This document shows, one piece after another, positions 61,822 through 64,000 of a stretch of 64,000 bases of DNA; positions within the stretch are counted from its first letter, which is position 1; every line of letters starts with the position of its first letter. The notes below the pieces were generated by a model that saw only the letters and a list, made by a program, of their open reading frames with translations, had not been told where the DNA came from and searched no databases. The DNA comes from Neocallimastix sp. 'constans' (lineage: Eukaryota). The stretch spans positions 434,001 to 498,000 of the forward strand of contig JBODTK010000105.1 in NCBI GenBank assembly GCA_050613775.1. The letters run 5' to 3'. The translations under genes were made by a program, and so were the position numbers.

Positions 61822-62800
61822 TCTTTACACTCCTCCTAAAGTTTTTACTTATTAAAATTTTAAATCAAAGTTATTTATTTATTTTTAATATTCATTTAAT
61901 TATTATACATCTTTTTTTTAAAATTTATACATTATTGATTTTCTAAATAGATTGTATTTTAATAATTTGTTAAACCATTAGCAAGATTTTGTTTAATTAA
62001 TTCACTTGTGTAATGACATCTTATATCGATATGTTTTGATTTGGGATTGATCATTTCGTTCTCACTAATATATATAGCAAAAAAAAAAACCCATGGTAAC
62101 TGATCATATTTGAATCTATAATTAAATCGTTTGGAAACGCAGCATACAGATAATTGCATTTCTTTTTTCTTATCGGAGATTTTATATTTTTAAATCTCTC
62201 AATTCCTCAAATATCATTTCCATCTCAGATATAAATATATATCTTCATCTCAAGGATATTTCATGTCTTCCATCTTGTCCTTGAACTCCGATATTCTTCT
62301 TTCGTAAATTTTAGTGTTCATGTTTTTGATAAAGTTCATTATTTGAAAAGATTTGAAAAGTACTTAATGACTAAAAATTTATTTTAACTTTTATATCATC
62401 TGATATATTATTATTAAGATAATATTTGGCTTTAATATCAGCTTTTACCGTATCTTTCGTAACACTTTCATCGTAATGTAAAATTTCCTTTTTTTTTTTT
62501 TTAACTTTTTTAGGTTTAGAAAATATCTTACTTTTTTATTTTGCTTTTATCTATATATATTTTATTTTATTTTTTCTTAAATGTAATTATCAACTCCATT
62601 CATTAATAAAAATTAATCCATTTCTTGTTGACTGAAACTTATAATTTTTTTTTAATTAATAAATATTAGTTGCGACACTCTCAGTTTGGTCAACCATTTT
62701 GTTATATATAAATATATAAATTAATTATTTATTATTTAATATTATATAATTAATATATTATTAACTTTTGATTCATTGAGAATCTTCGTCTTTTGATACT
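61822..62800 (-). mobile_element. Duplicate of the 49934-51480 Copia remnant with a further internal deletion
   Basis: Colinear high identity to 49934-50200 and 50745-51480; the intervening RT/RNase H part is missing. Confidence 0.85.
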
Positions 62801-63235
62801 TTAATTTTGATATTTTAATCTTTAATTTTATTTTATTTTATTTTATTTTATTTTTATTATTTATTAGTGATGACTATTTATTTATAATACTTTAATTACA
62901 AGTTTTATATTCTAACTTTATATATTATATATAATATTATGTACATTATAAGTAAGTTACCAATTTACTATAATTCTGAGAATTTATTAAATTAAAATTA
63001 AATATTTTTATTATTTTGTTTTTATTTAGTTAAACTTTATTCTTAATAAAAGGAATGTTTTTTTTTTTTTTTTTTTAAAGAAAAAAATATTAAATATGAA
63101 AAAAAGTTAATAATATATGTATTTTTATATATATAGGAAAGATAATTTTTTTTTTATTTTTATTTATAGGAAAGGTAAGTTTTTTTTTTTTTTTTTTTTT
63201 TACTTTTTTTTTATATTTAAAGGAAAGAAAAGGAT

Positions 63236-63267
<32 letters not shown>

Positions 63268-63314
63268 TTTATTATTTTAAAAATAATAATAAAGCGAAAT
63301 ACATAAATGTAAAA

Positions 63315-63445
63315 ATGTTCAAAATAAGCAAAAAATATAATATATGGCTATTAATTTTACTATATAATTTATATATATGTATATATTATTCTAATTGTTA
63401 TATATATATTTTAATTTTTTATTTAATATTATTGTTCTAATTATA

Positions 63446-63484
<39 letters not shown>

Positions 63485-64000
63485 TTTATTTTATTTTATT
63501 TTATTTTATTTTATTTATAATTTTAATAAAAAAAAATATTATTTGCTTTATTAATTATTTTGTAATTTAAAATAGATGTTGTAAAAACCATTACCTTTAA
63601 TGCCTTAGCATTTTCATATTCAGAAGGGACAGAGGTTTATTCAATATTAATTAATGGATTTAATAAGTATTCAAGACAAAATAATTTAGATATAGACATA
63701 CATTTAAATCTTTTGACAATTTATAATTCTTCAAATGAAATAAAAGATTATAGATCAACATTGGATTTTATTTTACAAAAGGATTATGAGAGATATGATT
63801 TTATTTTTTACGATTTAATTTACTCTTCAAGATTCGGTTCTAATTTATTGGATTTAAAAAATATAATACCAGAAGAAATTAAAGAATATAATCCGAAATT
63901 CATTAATTCAACAGGTTATTATAAAAATAAACTAGTTGGACTTGTAAATTGAATTAAATAATAATTATTATTATTATTATTATTTTTTTTTGTTTAATCC
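63315..64000 (+). CDS. Solute-binding-protein / 7TM receptor, copy 3 (partial; exons 63315-63378, 63576-63943; runs off window)
   Basis: Same start, splice sites and exon-2 length (368 nt) as copies 1 and 2. Confidence 0.85.

Overview
Extremely AT-rich, intron-containing eukaryotic DNA with long homopolymer and (AAT)n tracts. Composition and gene content point to an anaerobic gut fungus (Neocallimastigomycota; inference). Host genes: homoserine kinase (12592-13617), an intronless secreted carboxylesterase of bacterial appearance (18746-20506, -), a decayed ~3.3 kb gene with lectin-like and pore-former-like segments (~24600-27930), an 8-exon tail-anchored tandem MATH-like gene largely missed by the ORF track (29110-32398), a metacaspase (33289-34560, -), and three tandem genes fusing a solute-binding domain to a class-C-like 7TM domain (45431-48537, 51946-54741, 63315->end). 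Most of the rest is LTR retrotransposon debris: a degenerate Ty3/Gypsy (1433-5526), a young near-complete Ty1/Copia (35748-41785, LTRs 233/234 identical) split by a solo LTR, and several older remnants. Most notable: (i) the Copia PBS matches the anticodon arm of tRNA-Lys(CUU), implying half-tRNA priming; (ii) a non-coding, hairpin-dense module with tRNA-derived heads and a 124-bp repeat at 57.4-61.0 kb, possibly an undescribed tRNA-derived SINE/TRIM-like family; (iii) a double perfect-hairpin template-switch scar in the Gypsy integrase. All calls were made by eye, without database searches.
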